DNA of 63,552 nt, the filler included, from Lenisia limosa (lineage: Eukaryota; Protista; Breviatea): the NCBI GenBank assembly GCA_001655205.1. It is 12 parts of 12 records of this genome, joined end to end, with 100 filler letters (N's around TTAATTAATTAA, not from the genome) between each part and the next. Parts side by side here need not be neighbours in the genome. Positions count along the whole stretch, not along the records: positions 46,711 to 53,450 come from LPNZ01000068.1; positions 53,551 to 62,370 come from LPNZ01007162.1; positions 62,471 to 63,552 come from LPNZ01010918.1; 9 more parts are not named here. One strand, 5' to 3'. How positions within the stretch are numbered: the stretch's first letter is position 1; the number at the start of each line of letters is the position of its first letter. This document shows, one piece after another, positions 51,860 to 63,552 of the stretch. The notes under the pieces are model-generated. The model was not told the origin of the DNA, searched no databases, and saw only the letters and a list, made by a program, of their open reading frames with translations. The translations under genes and the position numbers were made by a program.

Positions 51860-53440
51860 CTAATCTCATCAACCGGGTCCCCCTCCCACAAATGGTTCTT
51901 TGGGGCACTGAAGGGCCATAAGTCTAAACTGTGAGCAAATAGAAGGTAGTAGATTATGATTATCACATCAGGCATTGCATCAATAGGAGTTAGTGACATT
52001 CTTACCCCATAAGGACCTTGACGTTGCGAAGGTCGCGATTGTGTGGATGTTACCTTGATAATGAGCATTACAAGGCAAAGATATTGTAACAAAGGCTCAC
52101 CGTTCGTTCAATGATCCGTCTTGGCTCCTGTCTCGAACTCGAACCATACCCCATGTAGCCCTAGGTGGTGAGAAAAGAATGTCTGAACCACAAGTTCAAA
52201 TCCTCATAAAGTAGAGAGGAACATAAAAGACTTTAGTTCCCAGTCCCCCACCTGGCTTTGAGGTTGATAAAGGTCCAAGCTTTGGCTAGTATTCTGCCCA
52301 TATGAGCTTGAGCGGTTAGCATAAGATTGGTCACGTGACAAGCCCGGTGGTGGTGCAAATTGCGTGTCTTGACGCGAAACACTGCGCTGTTGCGACTGGT
52401 AGGGCTGGGCGACAAACTCAGGCTCGTCACGCCTCTCGCAGGGAGCGTAGGTTGGCCGTGAGTCTCTACCCCAGTCCTGGCCCTCACAACAGTATGCCGG
52501 CGCATTTCTCTGGTCCCTGGGGGGTTGGCTTCGGCGGTATGTCGCAGGGTTCTGTTGTTGGACAGGCGCAGCGGGTTTGGGGAGGGGAAGGCGTTGTGAT
52601 CGAGGGGGCAGCTTGGAGTTTGGGAATCGTGGGTTGTGTCCATCAGGAATGCGAATGTTGAAACTGAATCAGTTAGCGGCTGAAAGAGATAATACAGGTT
52701 CAAGGATACTGATTACCCCCAGCCCGGCCACCATGGCTCCTCAACAGCCGGCCGTGACTGGCTCATTCTCGGTTCCCGCTCCGGTGACAGACGATGTTTG
52801 GACTCGTTCGGCCTGAGGGATAAGGAAAGCATCAAATGGTGCTAGCTGTACGCTGCTTACTTTGATGGCCGGGCTGGGTAGTTTGAAGAAGCTGGGTTGG
52901 CAAAACGGTCGTTTCTGCCATTTCTGCCATATTGATCATTGCCAATTCTGTCATTTCTGCCATATTGATCACTGCCAATTCTGTCATTTCTGCCATATTG
53001 ATCATTGCCAATTCTGTCATTTCTGCCATATTGATCGTTGCCAATTCTGTCATTTCTGCCATATTGACCATTCCTGTCATTTCTGCCATATTGATCATTT
53101 CTGTCATTTCTGCCATACTGATCATTCCTGTCATTTCTGCCATACTGATCATTCCTGTCATTTCTGCCAAAACGATCATTTGCGAAACGGTCATTTCTAT
53201 TCGGCCTGTCAAGTGTTTGTGGAGGAGGCTCGTAGTTGGAGCTAAAAAGTACCATGAGACACACATAGGGAATGTCATGATTGGTCCCAAAGTACCATGA
53301 GACACACATAGTACATGTCGTGATTGGCTCACTAGGAATTCTGCTGGGGAAGATTTTGCCAAAAAGGGGTCTGCGAAGGAGCTGGGAACTGCACGCGGAA
53401 GTTTGTCATATCGGGAGCATTCTGAGAGTTCTGCATGGGC
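51860..53440 (-). CDS. Low-complexity Q/P/R/N-rich protein with tandem GRNDR(IG)NDQY repeats, partial
   Basis: The 381-nt exon 52861-53241 has a minus-strand AG and GTAAG. Flanking exons RPMQNSQNAPDMTNFRVQFPAPSQ and RPNESKHRLSPEREPRMSQ. Confidence 0.6.
52915..53175 (-). repeat. Coding tandem repeat, 27/33-bp units
   Basis: tgtcatttctgccatattgatca(ttgccaattc) repeated about 9 times. Confidence 0.95.
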
Positions 53441-53791
53441 CGAGGGGTGANNNNNNNNNNNNNNNNNNNNNNNNNNNNNNNNNNNNNNNNNNNNTTAATT
53501 AATTAANNNNNNNNNNNNNNNNNNNNNNNNNNNNNNNNNNNNNNNNNNNNAGTATTATATGATATGTATTATGTGATATACAGTGACCTGGATAAGTCTT
53601 GACCGATTGTCCTTGGGAAATCAGAAAGCGAATCTGTCTATCTATATACTATATAATATACATGTAATATACATATGGTGGTGTATATAGTATGCATATT
53701 CCTATGATAAATAGACTATCTTTCTGGGGGGTTACTATCGTCTAGTAATTGATACATATCACTTTTTAGTTACTTCTCTCACCCTGATCAG

Positions 53792-54511
53792 ATCATCAAA
53801 GAGTGTTTGGGCACCGTTTCTTCACAGCGAGATTTGCCCATTGAAGAGTCAAGCAAACGTGGGTGGCAAATAGGGCTTATATCTCCCCACTTCCTTTTTC
53901 ACCCCACATACACATTTGCTTCACGGTTAACAGTCATATTAGGCTTGTACCCCCCCCCCCCACTCNNNNNNNNNNNNNNNNNNNNNNNNNNNNNNNNNNN
54001 NNNNNNNNNNNNNNNNNNNNNNNNNNNNNNNNNNNNNNNNNNNGATTTCGAGGATTTATCGAGAAATTTAGTCATTTATCGAGAAATTTAGTCATTTTTC
54101 AAACCGAAATGAAGTCCTAATAATATCATTGCTTTGCTAGGCCTCTGTTATATTGTTGGGAACAAGCAAAAAATAACGCTTTAGTGCAAGCCGCCTTACT
54201 GATGGATCCGGAAGTCTCAATGGCTGTCATTAACGAGGTGTCCAAGTGGTGGGGGGGGGGGGNNNNNNNNNNNNNNNNNNNNNNNNNNNNNNNNNNNNNN
54301 NNNNNNNNNNNNNNNNNNNNTAGGTACAATGAATCAGTTAGAGATGAAGTATACATAGCATTATCATAATATATCAATCTAAAATAGATACCAGTTCAAC
54401 AAACCTGTGTCTATCATATGATATAATACACCACAATTATTGCAGTAGTGTGGAAACCAGGTTACAAGAAGACCCGGACGCTGACCCCTTCAAGTTCCCC
54501 AAGGCCGCGCG
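53792..54511 (+). CDS. Hypothetical protein exons
   Basis: Exons IIKECLGTVSSQRDLPIEESSK, PLLYCWEQAKNNALVQAALLMDPEVSMAVINEVSK and LQEDPDADPFKFPKAAR with canonical splice sites. Confidence 0.4.
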
Positions 54512-55429
54512 GTGGGGGGCTGTTATTATATTGGGATCAAGACTCTGGATATATTGTATGATTGCCTTGCTGTTGCTTGTTTTGTGTTTGGCTTTTCAGA
54601 TTATTTGTTCATGATAAGTACCTTTACGCCAATATTCTTGCCCCCGCGCCCTCCTGCTGACCCTTTTAGTAAGGAGTAGACTATCTCTGGTGTTTAGTTT
54701 GGTGAATGTATCTGTTACTAATGTAACTGATGTAAGTATCTCATTCATGTTATGATTTATGGAGAAATGTGCATGAAGCAATACACAATTAATATACGAA
54801 ATAATATTTTGATGTTGACATTATGCTCATATGACCGGCTTTCTAATCTAGGAACGTATACGGGTCGGGAACTATTAAACAGTATCGCATCCTAATGTGA
54901 AGAAAGAGATGCGTATTCGCCACTGGAGGCTCTCCGAATCATATTTTACAAAATATGATTTCAATATTTCATAATTCACATAATTATTTTAATAATAAAT
55001 AACAAGGACGACTAATGAAAATATACCTACTGGACCACAATCCAAATTCCCAAGCTGCCATGTTTAGCGTCTATAGCAGCAGGGGAGCAAACAGTGTGAA
55101 TGCTGGCTCGTCCCCTTCGAAATTACATACATTTCGTAACAAAACATATATCATATAATATATATAATATAATAAACAAAGCAAAACTCAACTATCTCAC
55201 ACAAAAAACAAACACATCAATTAGGGATCCAATGACAGATGATCAAAGTCAAGCAAAATGGCTTTAATTTGTCCCAAACATAAAGAAGGGTACCAAGGTA
55301 ACTAAATACGTTAGGATGTCCTTGACAAGAGTTATGTTTATTATTCAGTTTCGTTTTACATCGTGTTAAAGATCACAAAAACCAATATGAAGAATAACGG
55401 AATAAATGAAGTCATATTGAATGGGTGCT

Positions 55430-58400
55430 CACTATTCCAAGCAGCTTGTCACAAGAACACTCTGCACCATTTTCAACGAGGGGAATCATGGTTGGCAAGC
55501 AGTTTTTCTCAAAGGCGTATTTGAGGGGTGTTTTTCTCTGTTGAATGAAATTCAGCCAATTAGGAATGATCACTTAATACTTGAATATTATGGCAACCGA
55601 ATGAGTTAAGTGGAGTACAATCTTACCAAAGCACAGCGGCAAGAAAAACTTTGCACAAGATAAATAAAACTTAACATCTTAACCACCAACTTGTCTGTCA
55701 GCTTTATCAATATCGACGCCCTTTTCAATGAGGTACTTCACGATGTCCAAGTGCCCACATTGAGCGGCATAACTGAGAGGTGTTCTTCCCTGTTTAATTA
55801 AGGTCATAGAACCCGACATCAAAACTAATGAAACAAATGTGAAAAAGATAGTAGCTGCCCAGATCAAGAATGTAATTCGAATAGCACAAAGATGTTCACC
55901 CACGACTTGATCAGCTTTATCAATTTCGTCAATCTCCTCAGTGAGGTACTTCACGATATCCACGTCACCATACTCAGCCGAATAACTGAGGATATTTCTT
56001 CCCTGATATAAAAGGTCATCCATGGGCCATAAACACAAGAGAACCAAATGGTTAAAACTAAACTGGGCAGCAGTTATTACCCATAGTAGGAATCGTGCAT
56101 CTGACTTCCACAAATGTGACATTTCTGGCGCAAAAAGACAGGTGGAACTATTTATTCTCAGGTAACATATTCTTCATGGACCATCCTGACCACCCACAAA
56201 TCTGTCAGCCGTATCAATATCGGCACCATTCTCAACGAGGTACTTCATAGTAACCAAGTCGCCACATTTTGCGGAATAACTGATAGGTGTTCTTCTCTGT
56301 TTTAATAAAGCTTGCCAAAAAGGAGTATTCGATTATCTATTTGAACCGAATCAGATATTTGAAAAGTTTGCAACCTAGAGGGAATGCAGCTTAGAACATC
56401 ATTCAAACACAAAGCCTTACACACGTTAAACATTCAATCATCTTTACCACCCACATCCTTGTCAACTATATCAATATCGGCACCCATCTCCTTGAGGTAC
56501 TTCACAACATGCAAGTGGCCATATATAGCGGCATATCCGAGGGGTGTTCTTCCCTGTGTTAAAAGGTCAGCCAATGAGATATATCTGAATCCATACAGCG
56601 GATATGTTTCAACAAACAGGTAATTTACTTTTCATTGAACCTTGACCACCCACAGTTTTTTTATTAGCTTTATGAATATCGGCACCCTTCTCAATCAGAT
56701 ACTTCACTAGATCCAGGTTGCCACCTTCAACGGCAAATCCTAAAAGTGTTCTCCCCTATTTAATGAAGGTTCGCCAAATGATGGATCAAATAGTGACATT
56801 GAACAAAAGTTTGAAAATAATTGCAAAACAAATGTGAAATGTAGCTTAGAAAAACGCAATCACAAAGGCAAACAACACACAGGTTAAATTTAACTCAATA
56901 CCATCAAGACAACCCACATTTGAATCAATTTTTTCACTATCGGCACCCTTCTCAATGAGGTACTTTAACATATCAAAGTGGCCACATTTAGCGGCATAAC
57001 TTAGTGGTGTAAATCTCTGTTAAATTAAGGTCAGCCAATGAGGAGTGCAATGTAGTACCAAAGGCTTGAATTGAACAGAATATCACAAACACAAAGGCAT
57101 ATACAACAACCTGTCAAGTATTTATTACCGTTGTGACCACCATACAAATTTGGCAGCTTTTTCAATATCGGCACCATTCTCAATGAGAAACTTCAAGATT
57201 TCCAAGTGTCCACGTTCAGCGGCAACTGAGAGGGCTTTACTTCCCTGTTTAATGAAGGTTTGCCAACAAGGATTGATCGACATTATATCATACAAATGTT
57301 TGGAAATGTTTGTGCCTCAAATACAAAATGTAGCTTAAAATACTAAAACTTACAGATCCGATATACAAAAACCCACCCCCCACAATATCGGCACCTTTCT
57401 CGATAAGCAACTTTAAAAAATACAAGTCACCATGAAAAGCGACGTGACTGAGCACTGGTCTTCTCTGTTAATGAAGGTCAGCCAATGAAGTGTAATCAGT
57501 TTGACAAACAATTATTAAAAATGTTACCACCCAAAACAATGCACGCATATTATCTCACCAAAGCGAAACGGACAGAAGAAGTATACATACTTCTAATAAA
57601 CCATTTTAAACCCACTTCAACATTAGAGCTATCAATATCGGCACCCTTCTCAATGAGGTACTTCATGGTATCCACGTGGCGAAACTCTACGGCGTAGCTG
57701 AGTGGTGTTCTTCCCTGTTATCAAATGTTANNNNNNNNNNNNNNNNNNNNNNNNNNNNNNNNNNNNNNNNNNNNNNNNNNNNNNNNNNNNNNNNNNNNNN
57801 NNNNNNNNNNNNNNNNNNNNNNNNNNNNNNNNNNNNNNNNNNNNNNNNNNNNNNNNNNNNNNNNNNNNNNNNNNNNNNNNNNNNNNNNNNNNNNNNNNNN
57901 NNNNNNNNNNACAGACAAAAAAACCAAATCAAAAGCCAAAATTAAATAAGATACCCAAATGAGGAAATAATACAATATCACCATTCCCCTCATTAAAATA
58001 TCACAAGATCAAAAAGACAAGTGAACTATTCATTATGACATATGATATTCTTTTTTGAACCATCCTGACCACCCACTTGAGAAGCTTTATCAATATCGGC
58101 ACCCTTCTCAATGAGGTACTTCAAAATTACCAAGTGGCCATACTGTGCGGCGTAGCTGAGGGGTGTTCTCCTCTGTTTAAAAAGGTCAGTCAATAAGAGT
58201 TGATAAAGGCATACAACAGCCAGGTTCAGTATTTAATAACGCCCTAAACACCAACATTTTTATCAAATTTATCAATATCTGCACCCTTCTCAATGAGGTA
58301 CTTCACGATGTCAAAGTGGCCAAATTCAACAGCATCGCTGAGGGATGTTCTTCCCTGGTTAAAAAGGTCAGTCATTGTGTCATTATATACAAAATAACCA

Positions 58401-59381
58401 AGTCAAAAGCTTTAAATGAAATAAGATACCCAAATTAGAAAATGATGCATTATCACATTCCCCTGATTAAAATATCACTAGAGCAAAAGACGAGCGAAAC
58501 TATTCTTTATAAAGTCAAAATTATTTCATTAAACCATCTTTCCTCAATACCCACTTTTGGATTAAGTTTATCAATTGCAGCACCCTTCACTATGAGATAC
58601 CCCACAACATTCAAGTTCCCATTGTTGGCAACTCTGATTGCTTTTCTTCCCTGTTTAATAAACGTCTGGCAAATGATGGAGCAAATATTTACAGGAAACA
58701 AATGTTTGATAGAATATCACAATCACAAAAGCATATGACACACAGGTTCAGTATTCACAAAGGCGTATAAAACACAGGTTCAGTATTTACTTTAAAAACA
58801 TCCTGAGCACCCACATCTTCATCAGTTTTATTAATTTCGGGACCCTTCTCAATAAGGTACTTCACGATGTCCAAGTGGCCAAATTTAACGGCATCGCTGA
58901 GGGGTGTTCTTCCCTGTTTTAAAAGGTCAGCTAATGGGTCATATATACAAAAGAGTCAGATATACAAAAGAACTAAATCAAATATATATCAGCATTCTCC
59001 GAATTAACACATCACCAAAGCAAACCGACAACTGAATCAAGTAACAGCATATTCTCCATGAAACCATCCACTTAAGGATTAGGTTTAGACACTCTTATCA
59101 AAGACTACAGCGAACGGGACAAATCCTGACCGATTTGCAATATGGTTTCCCAAGAATATCATCAAGACATCCCTATCACTGTATTTTAACCCATTTAAAT
59201 GCTGCTCGAACCATACCACCCTAATGGAGTTCAAAATACGAGCAGGATAAAAAAAATACTTTTATCAACAGTCCTTTTTCCTTACAAGGTGGTTAGAGGA
59301 ATTAATATTACTTTCGTCGGCTTCCAGGAGCCGCTGGACTTCCTTAAGATTCCCTTTTGAACAGGCATCAAAAATGTCCAT
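55430..59381 (-). CDS. Ankyrin-repeat array protein, one repeat per exon
   Basis: Starts MDIFDACSKGNLKEVQRLLEADE at 59381. Thirteen visible phase-0 exons of type GRTPLSYAA..GHLDIVKYLIEKGADIDKAD, mostly 99 nt, plus a degenerate terminal repeat at ~55430-55535. The 3' end is uncertain. Confidence 0.9.
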
Positions 59382-60017
59382 CTTAGAAGGCTGGGTGGGT
59401 ATGGATCTAAATCTAAACGCAGTTACAATATAATCGACTCAGAATCTTGGTTCTTCAAAGATAATGAGATCTGAGAACAATTACCCTGATAGTTCAGGTG
59501 TCACTATTGTACAAAAAAAAAAAAGAAGAAGTAGGGGTGGGTGGCGGCAGAGTCGACCAAGTCCGTTATTAATATGAACAAGTCCGTTATAAATATAAAC
59601 AAGTGTACCTCTTCTCTTGTTTAATTCTTGTTCTCCTTCTTTGATATATTCTTACCGCCACCCTGCAACAAGTCTACTTTTCTTGTTCTGTGGACAATGC
59701 TGCATGCTGCTTGTGTATAAAAAAACCGATACTATAATACACCCCATGATGGATGATTTGTTGTCAGTAATGTAACTAATGCAGCTAGTGTAACAGTTGA
59801 TAGATATTTCCTTTTCCGGTTGCACCATCGTCACATTTCCCTTGTTCGTTTGCATTGTCCGCTGTTTTTCTGTTTTACACTCTGATTCTCCTGTTTCTCA
59901 TGATCGGTCTCCTTCAGACCCACAAAACACACACACACAGTAACATACACAGCTTCTATCAATCACAATTACCTCCAAGCCTTGATTACCGAGACCCAAC
60001 TGTTTTTTCATTATCAT

Positions 60018-60610
60018 TATAAAGAAGATGGCCATTTGGATATCGTGAAGCACCTCATTGAGAACGGCACAGACATTGATAAATCCAGTCATGAGGTGTG
60101 AGGAAAGTGATCCTGGGAGGATGTATCTGGCCGAAGCCGTCCATGCCGTCACACTTATAAAAGCTATTAGGGCAGTGTATACATTAATTCACCCAATTAT
60201 TTGACTTACAACTCTGTTTTCACTGCTATCTGTGTGCACCACCACCATATCTACAATGATTAGAAATCACGAATAAGGACAAATCCCCCTGTTCAATAGC
60301 TTCAGTATGCCCTCTTAAATCTGTCCTGCATCACTGATTCAGGAGGTTTCAGTGGGTTAGAGTTACGGGTATCAAAGGCTTTAATCTTGCCCTGAATAAT
60401 TAAACGATGAACAGATGAATGATATTATATCTTCTGATTTTAAAATACGAGATAAAAAGCATTTGTTAATAACTCATGATTACTTTTAAAACATGGAAAA
60501 ACACCCCATAGCAATGCTGGATTTAACCATTTGGATATCTAGAAATTGCTCATGAAAAGAGTGCCGGTATTGATAATGCTAATAATGGAGTGGGTGTTCA
60601 GGATGGGTGA
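60018..60610 (+). pseudogene. Degenerate inverted paralog of the ankyrin array
   Basis: EDGHLDIVKHLIENGTDIDKSSHE at ~60018-60093. A second copy at ~60490-60590 has in-frame TAG stops and is followed by the array's intron motif gtgggtgttcaggatgg. Confidence 0.55.
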
Positions 60611-62470
60611 TTAGATATAATTAGCTATATACTATACATTTTACTTGGCTTGTGCTTTTGGAATGTAACATTTCGTATTTGGTAGCCAAGTTGTCTATTT
60701 AAGGATGAAAATTCTCAAATGATTAATGAAACAGGGAGCTCAACTCTGCTTTGCTTTTATAAATCACGTGAATATCATTTTTCACCTCCTTGAGAAGAGA
60801 ATGGTGCAGATACGCTGTTTGTTGTCATTTTTCGAATTATGACTTGAGTATTTTTGGATGACAATCTTCAAAATTCTGAAGTACTCACATAATGTCGCAA
60901 AGAAAAATTGCCTTACTCTCCAAAACATTTTTTTGTATGATATCAACACCCTAACATTTTAGTATGCGGAACGCAAGCGGCCATTTTGTTAGATTTTGAT
61001 CAAATTGTGGTTCATCTTTGGGCAACTAATCTACCACTATTTTGAGATTGTCGATTAGCATTTTGCTTTTTGGTGTATGATACAATAGTGTTGTTGTTAA
61101 GAAATGATTGTTGTACTTTTCCATCATGAAGGGGACGAACCAGATAAAGTCATATGATGAATATAATAAGAAGCTGCCTCTTTGTCATTTAATTTTAGTG
61201 TTTTTTCATTCTCGTTTGTATTGGAATTTAAACACGAGAGAAATTATCGAGATAACAGAAACATTTCCTTTGAAGAATCCTATCACTTTTTGGATCATTT
61301 TCACACATATGAGTGAACATAAAGTGACCGGGATAAGTATTGATGGACAGATTTAACTTAGAAAATCAAATAGCAAATCGGGCAAGACTTATCCTGTAAG
61401 TATCATAGTTGTAATCAATGTGCCATCTTATGTTCTCGGGGACTGTAACTCGCGATAGCCTGAGATGTTAGAAACTGTTTTAGGGTCATGATCAGGTTGT
61501 TATACCATACTTACATATTCCTATGTATTTATTTGTTCCCCTAGATTTCTCATGTATATTATTTCTCTTGTTCCATTTTTTGTGAAACATTTTCAACAAA
61601 ACAAAAAAATTGGGATATTTCGATTGATGATAAAAAGTTCAAAGAAGGGTTTAGATATGCTGATTATGACTCTGACACAATGGTTTCTTACACCTCAGAC
61701 TAGGCTATCGTCAAAGCGTCCCCTGTTAGAGAAGTTGATGTGTCCTATTACAACAACTATTATATATGATACTCTATTTTTAATACGCATAGCATATTAT
61801 GGAAAGCTAGAAATCATAGATCAGAATTTGCTCTTGTCTAACCATAATCAAAGTCAATTATCAAAAAAACAAAATCACAAAACATATGCAACATTACATA
61901 GCGAACTCCTTGATAAGAGCAAATTGCTTCTTCACCACACTAAAATGGTGAACATTAAANNNNNNNNNNNNNNNNNNNNNNNNNNNNNNNNNNNNNNNNN
62001 NNNNNNNNNNNNNNNNNNNNNNNNNNNNNNNNNNNNNNNNNNNNNNNNNNNNNNNNNNNNNNNNNNNNNNNNNNNNNNNNNNNNNNNNNNNNNNNNNNNN
62101 NNNNNNNNNNNNNNNNNNNNNNNNNNNNNNNNNNNNNNNNNNNNNNNNNNNNNNNNNNNNNNNNNNNNNNNNNNNNNNNNNNNNNNNNNNNNNNNNNNNN
62201 NNNNNNNNNNNNNNNNNNNNNNNNNNNNNNNNNNNNNNNNNNNNNNATTACCTTGACTCCAACCAACACTAGTATTCCGCCTCGGGTAAACAGGAAGGGG
62301 CTGTGGTCGTCGCAGGTGTATTCATTCGAGAATATTGACCTGGTGAGGGGGGTAAACTTGGAAAATTTAANNNNNNNNNNNNNNNNNNNNNNNNNNNNNN
62401 NNNNNNNNNNNNNNTTAATTAATTAANNNNNNNNNNNNNNNNNNNNNNNNNNNNNNNNNNNNNNNNNNNN

Positions 62471-63552
62471 TTTTTGAGACCGGCAACCTTCGCTCGACCC
62501 GAGTTTTAACGTCATCGGCGTCTAAATGGGTCATATAATAAGTAGTATCTCTAAAAGTAGAGCTCAGAGCAATTAATTACAATAGAAGATATTGATGATA
62601 TTAACAGAAATAGAATCCCATAGAAATCAATAGAATAGATACATTAATAGAAAAGAGAAACAATTACCTTAGAAACGGAAACAAACAAACAGATCCTCCT
62701 AGAAAATGAGTTTATATTATTTCAGAAATTAAATAAGTCAACAGAAATAAAACAAGGATGTAACAAACCAATGGCCAGCCGTCTCCAACATTACGTTTAT
62801 TAGAGATATTGGAATATAAGTCTCCACACACCTTATATTGGATGATAGAATACTTTCACCAAATCATTTGCCTTGCTCGTCGTATTTATGACATGATCCA
62901 AAAACGCTTCAAGACGCTTACCCGTAATTCCCTTGTCTTGTTTGTATTCAACACATGTTATACATATTAAACAAAAGGGGAGTAGCCCTCCCTCATAGCC
63001 CACAAAGCCCCAAAAAATCGAGTCAACTTACGCCCCCTCCCCACTTGTAGAGGATGGAGAAATCTAATACCTAAGACAGTGGTTACAGAAAATAATGAAT
63101 GCAAAAAGAAGATCATTTTTACTAATTTCATAAAATTGGTTTAATAAGAGCAATCATCCTGAAATTGAGACAAATCGGTAAAATTATCAATATTTTACGG
63201 GTCTTTTTCGAACCGAAGTGAAGCCTAATGTCAAGTAGAAGAACCCTACCTGGACTGCTACGTCATCGACACACAGTTATGGAATCCGAGCCACAAGGCT
63301 CTAGCGGCCGACAAGACGGACGGTCGTACTCGGGATGCGAAACAACCTGGTCATTTGAATGGGCGTTAAGTTGAATAAACTGCGATTCGAGCGCCTTGGC
63401 TGTGGACGCTGTGTCTTTGTAGTTATATGGTGGTACTTCACCGCAAGTTGTGCGTATCACTTGTGGCATTCCATCAGGTAGTTCCGCGAGAGTTTTTGAG
63501 ACCGGCAACCTTCGCTCGACCCGAGTTTTAACGTCATCGGCGTCTAAATGGG
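62471..63552. repeat. Last contig bounded by an identical 60-bp direct repeat (period 1022 bp)
   Basis: 62471-62530 is identical to 63493-63552. Confidence 0.9.

Noticed and set aside
52862-53245. Plus-strand Cys/His-rich ORF (CHFCHIDHCQF)n resembling a metallothionein
   Set aside because: It is the antisense reading of the coding repeat. Splice sites and flanking exons support the minus-strand GRNDR frame.

Overview
Draft-assembly window from an intron-rich microbial eukaryote. It is probably an amoebozoan-type protist, inferred from gene content. The standard genetic code and GT-AG introns are used. Eleven N-flanked TTAATTAATTAA spacers and many N gaps split the window into contigs, so most genes are partial. 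Recognisable genes are a CaMK1-like kinase, a small PNRC/Edc1-motif protein, a mitochondrial-type serine hydroxymethyltransferase, three ankyrin-repeat genes (one built from 99-nt one-repeat exons), a REJ/polycystin-1-like surface protein, a TmcB-like multi-TM protein, an ABHD11-like hydrolase C-terminus, a receptor TKL-kinase/guanylate cyclase, and an isolated exon encoding a phage tail-collar-like motif. Introns fall into two classes: minimal 30-60 nt introns and long introns filled with tiny MITEs (a 77-bp Tc1/mariner-type family and 45-125-bp hAT-type families). The most striking signal is a dispersed ~60-150-bp repeat (family C) found in host-sense orientation that ends at the 3' splice AG in about 15 introns on both strands. 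G-runs follow many 5' splice sites and C-runs precede acceptors, and one intron folds into a clear G/C hairpin. Together these suggest a repeat-supplied, structure-assisted splicing system for long introns. No rRNA, tRNA or CRISPR array was recognised. All gene models were read by eye and need RNA-seq confirmation.
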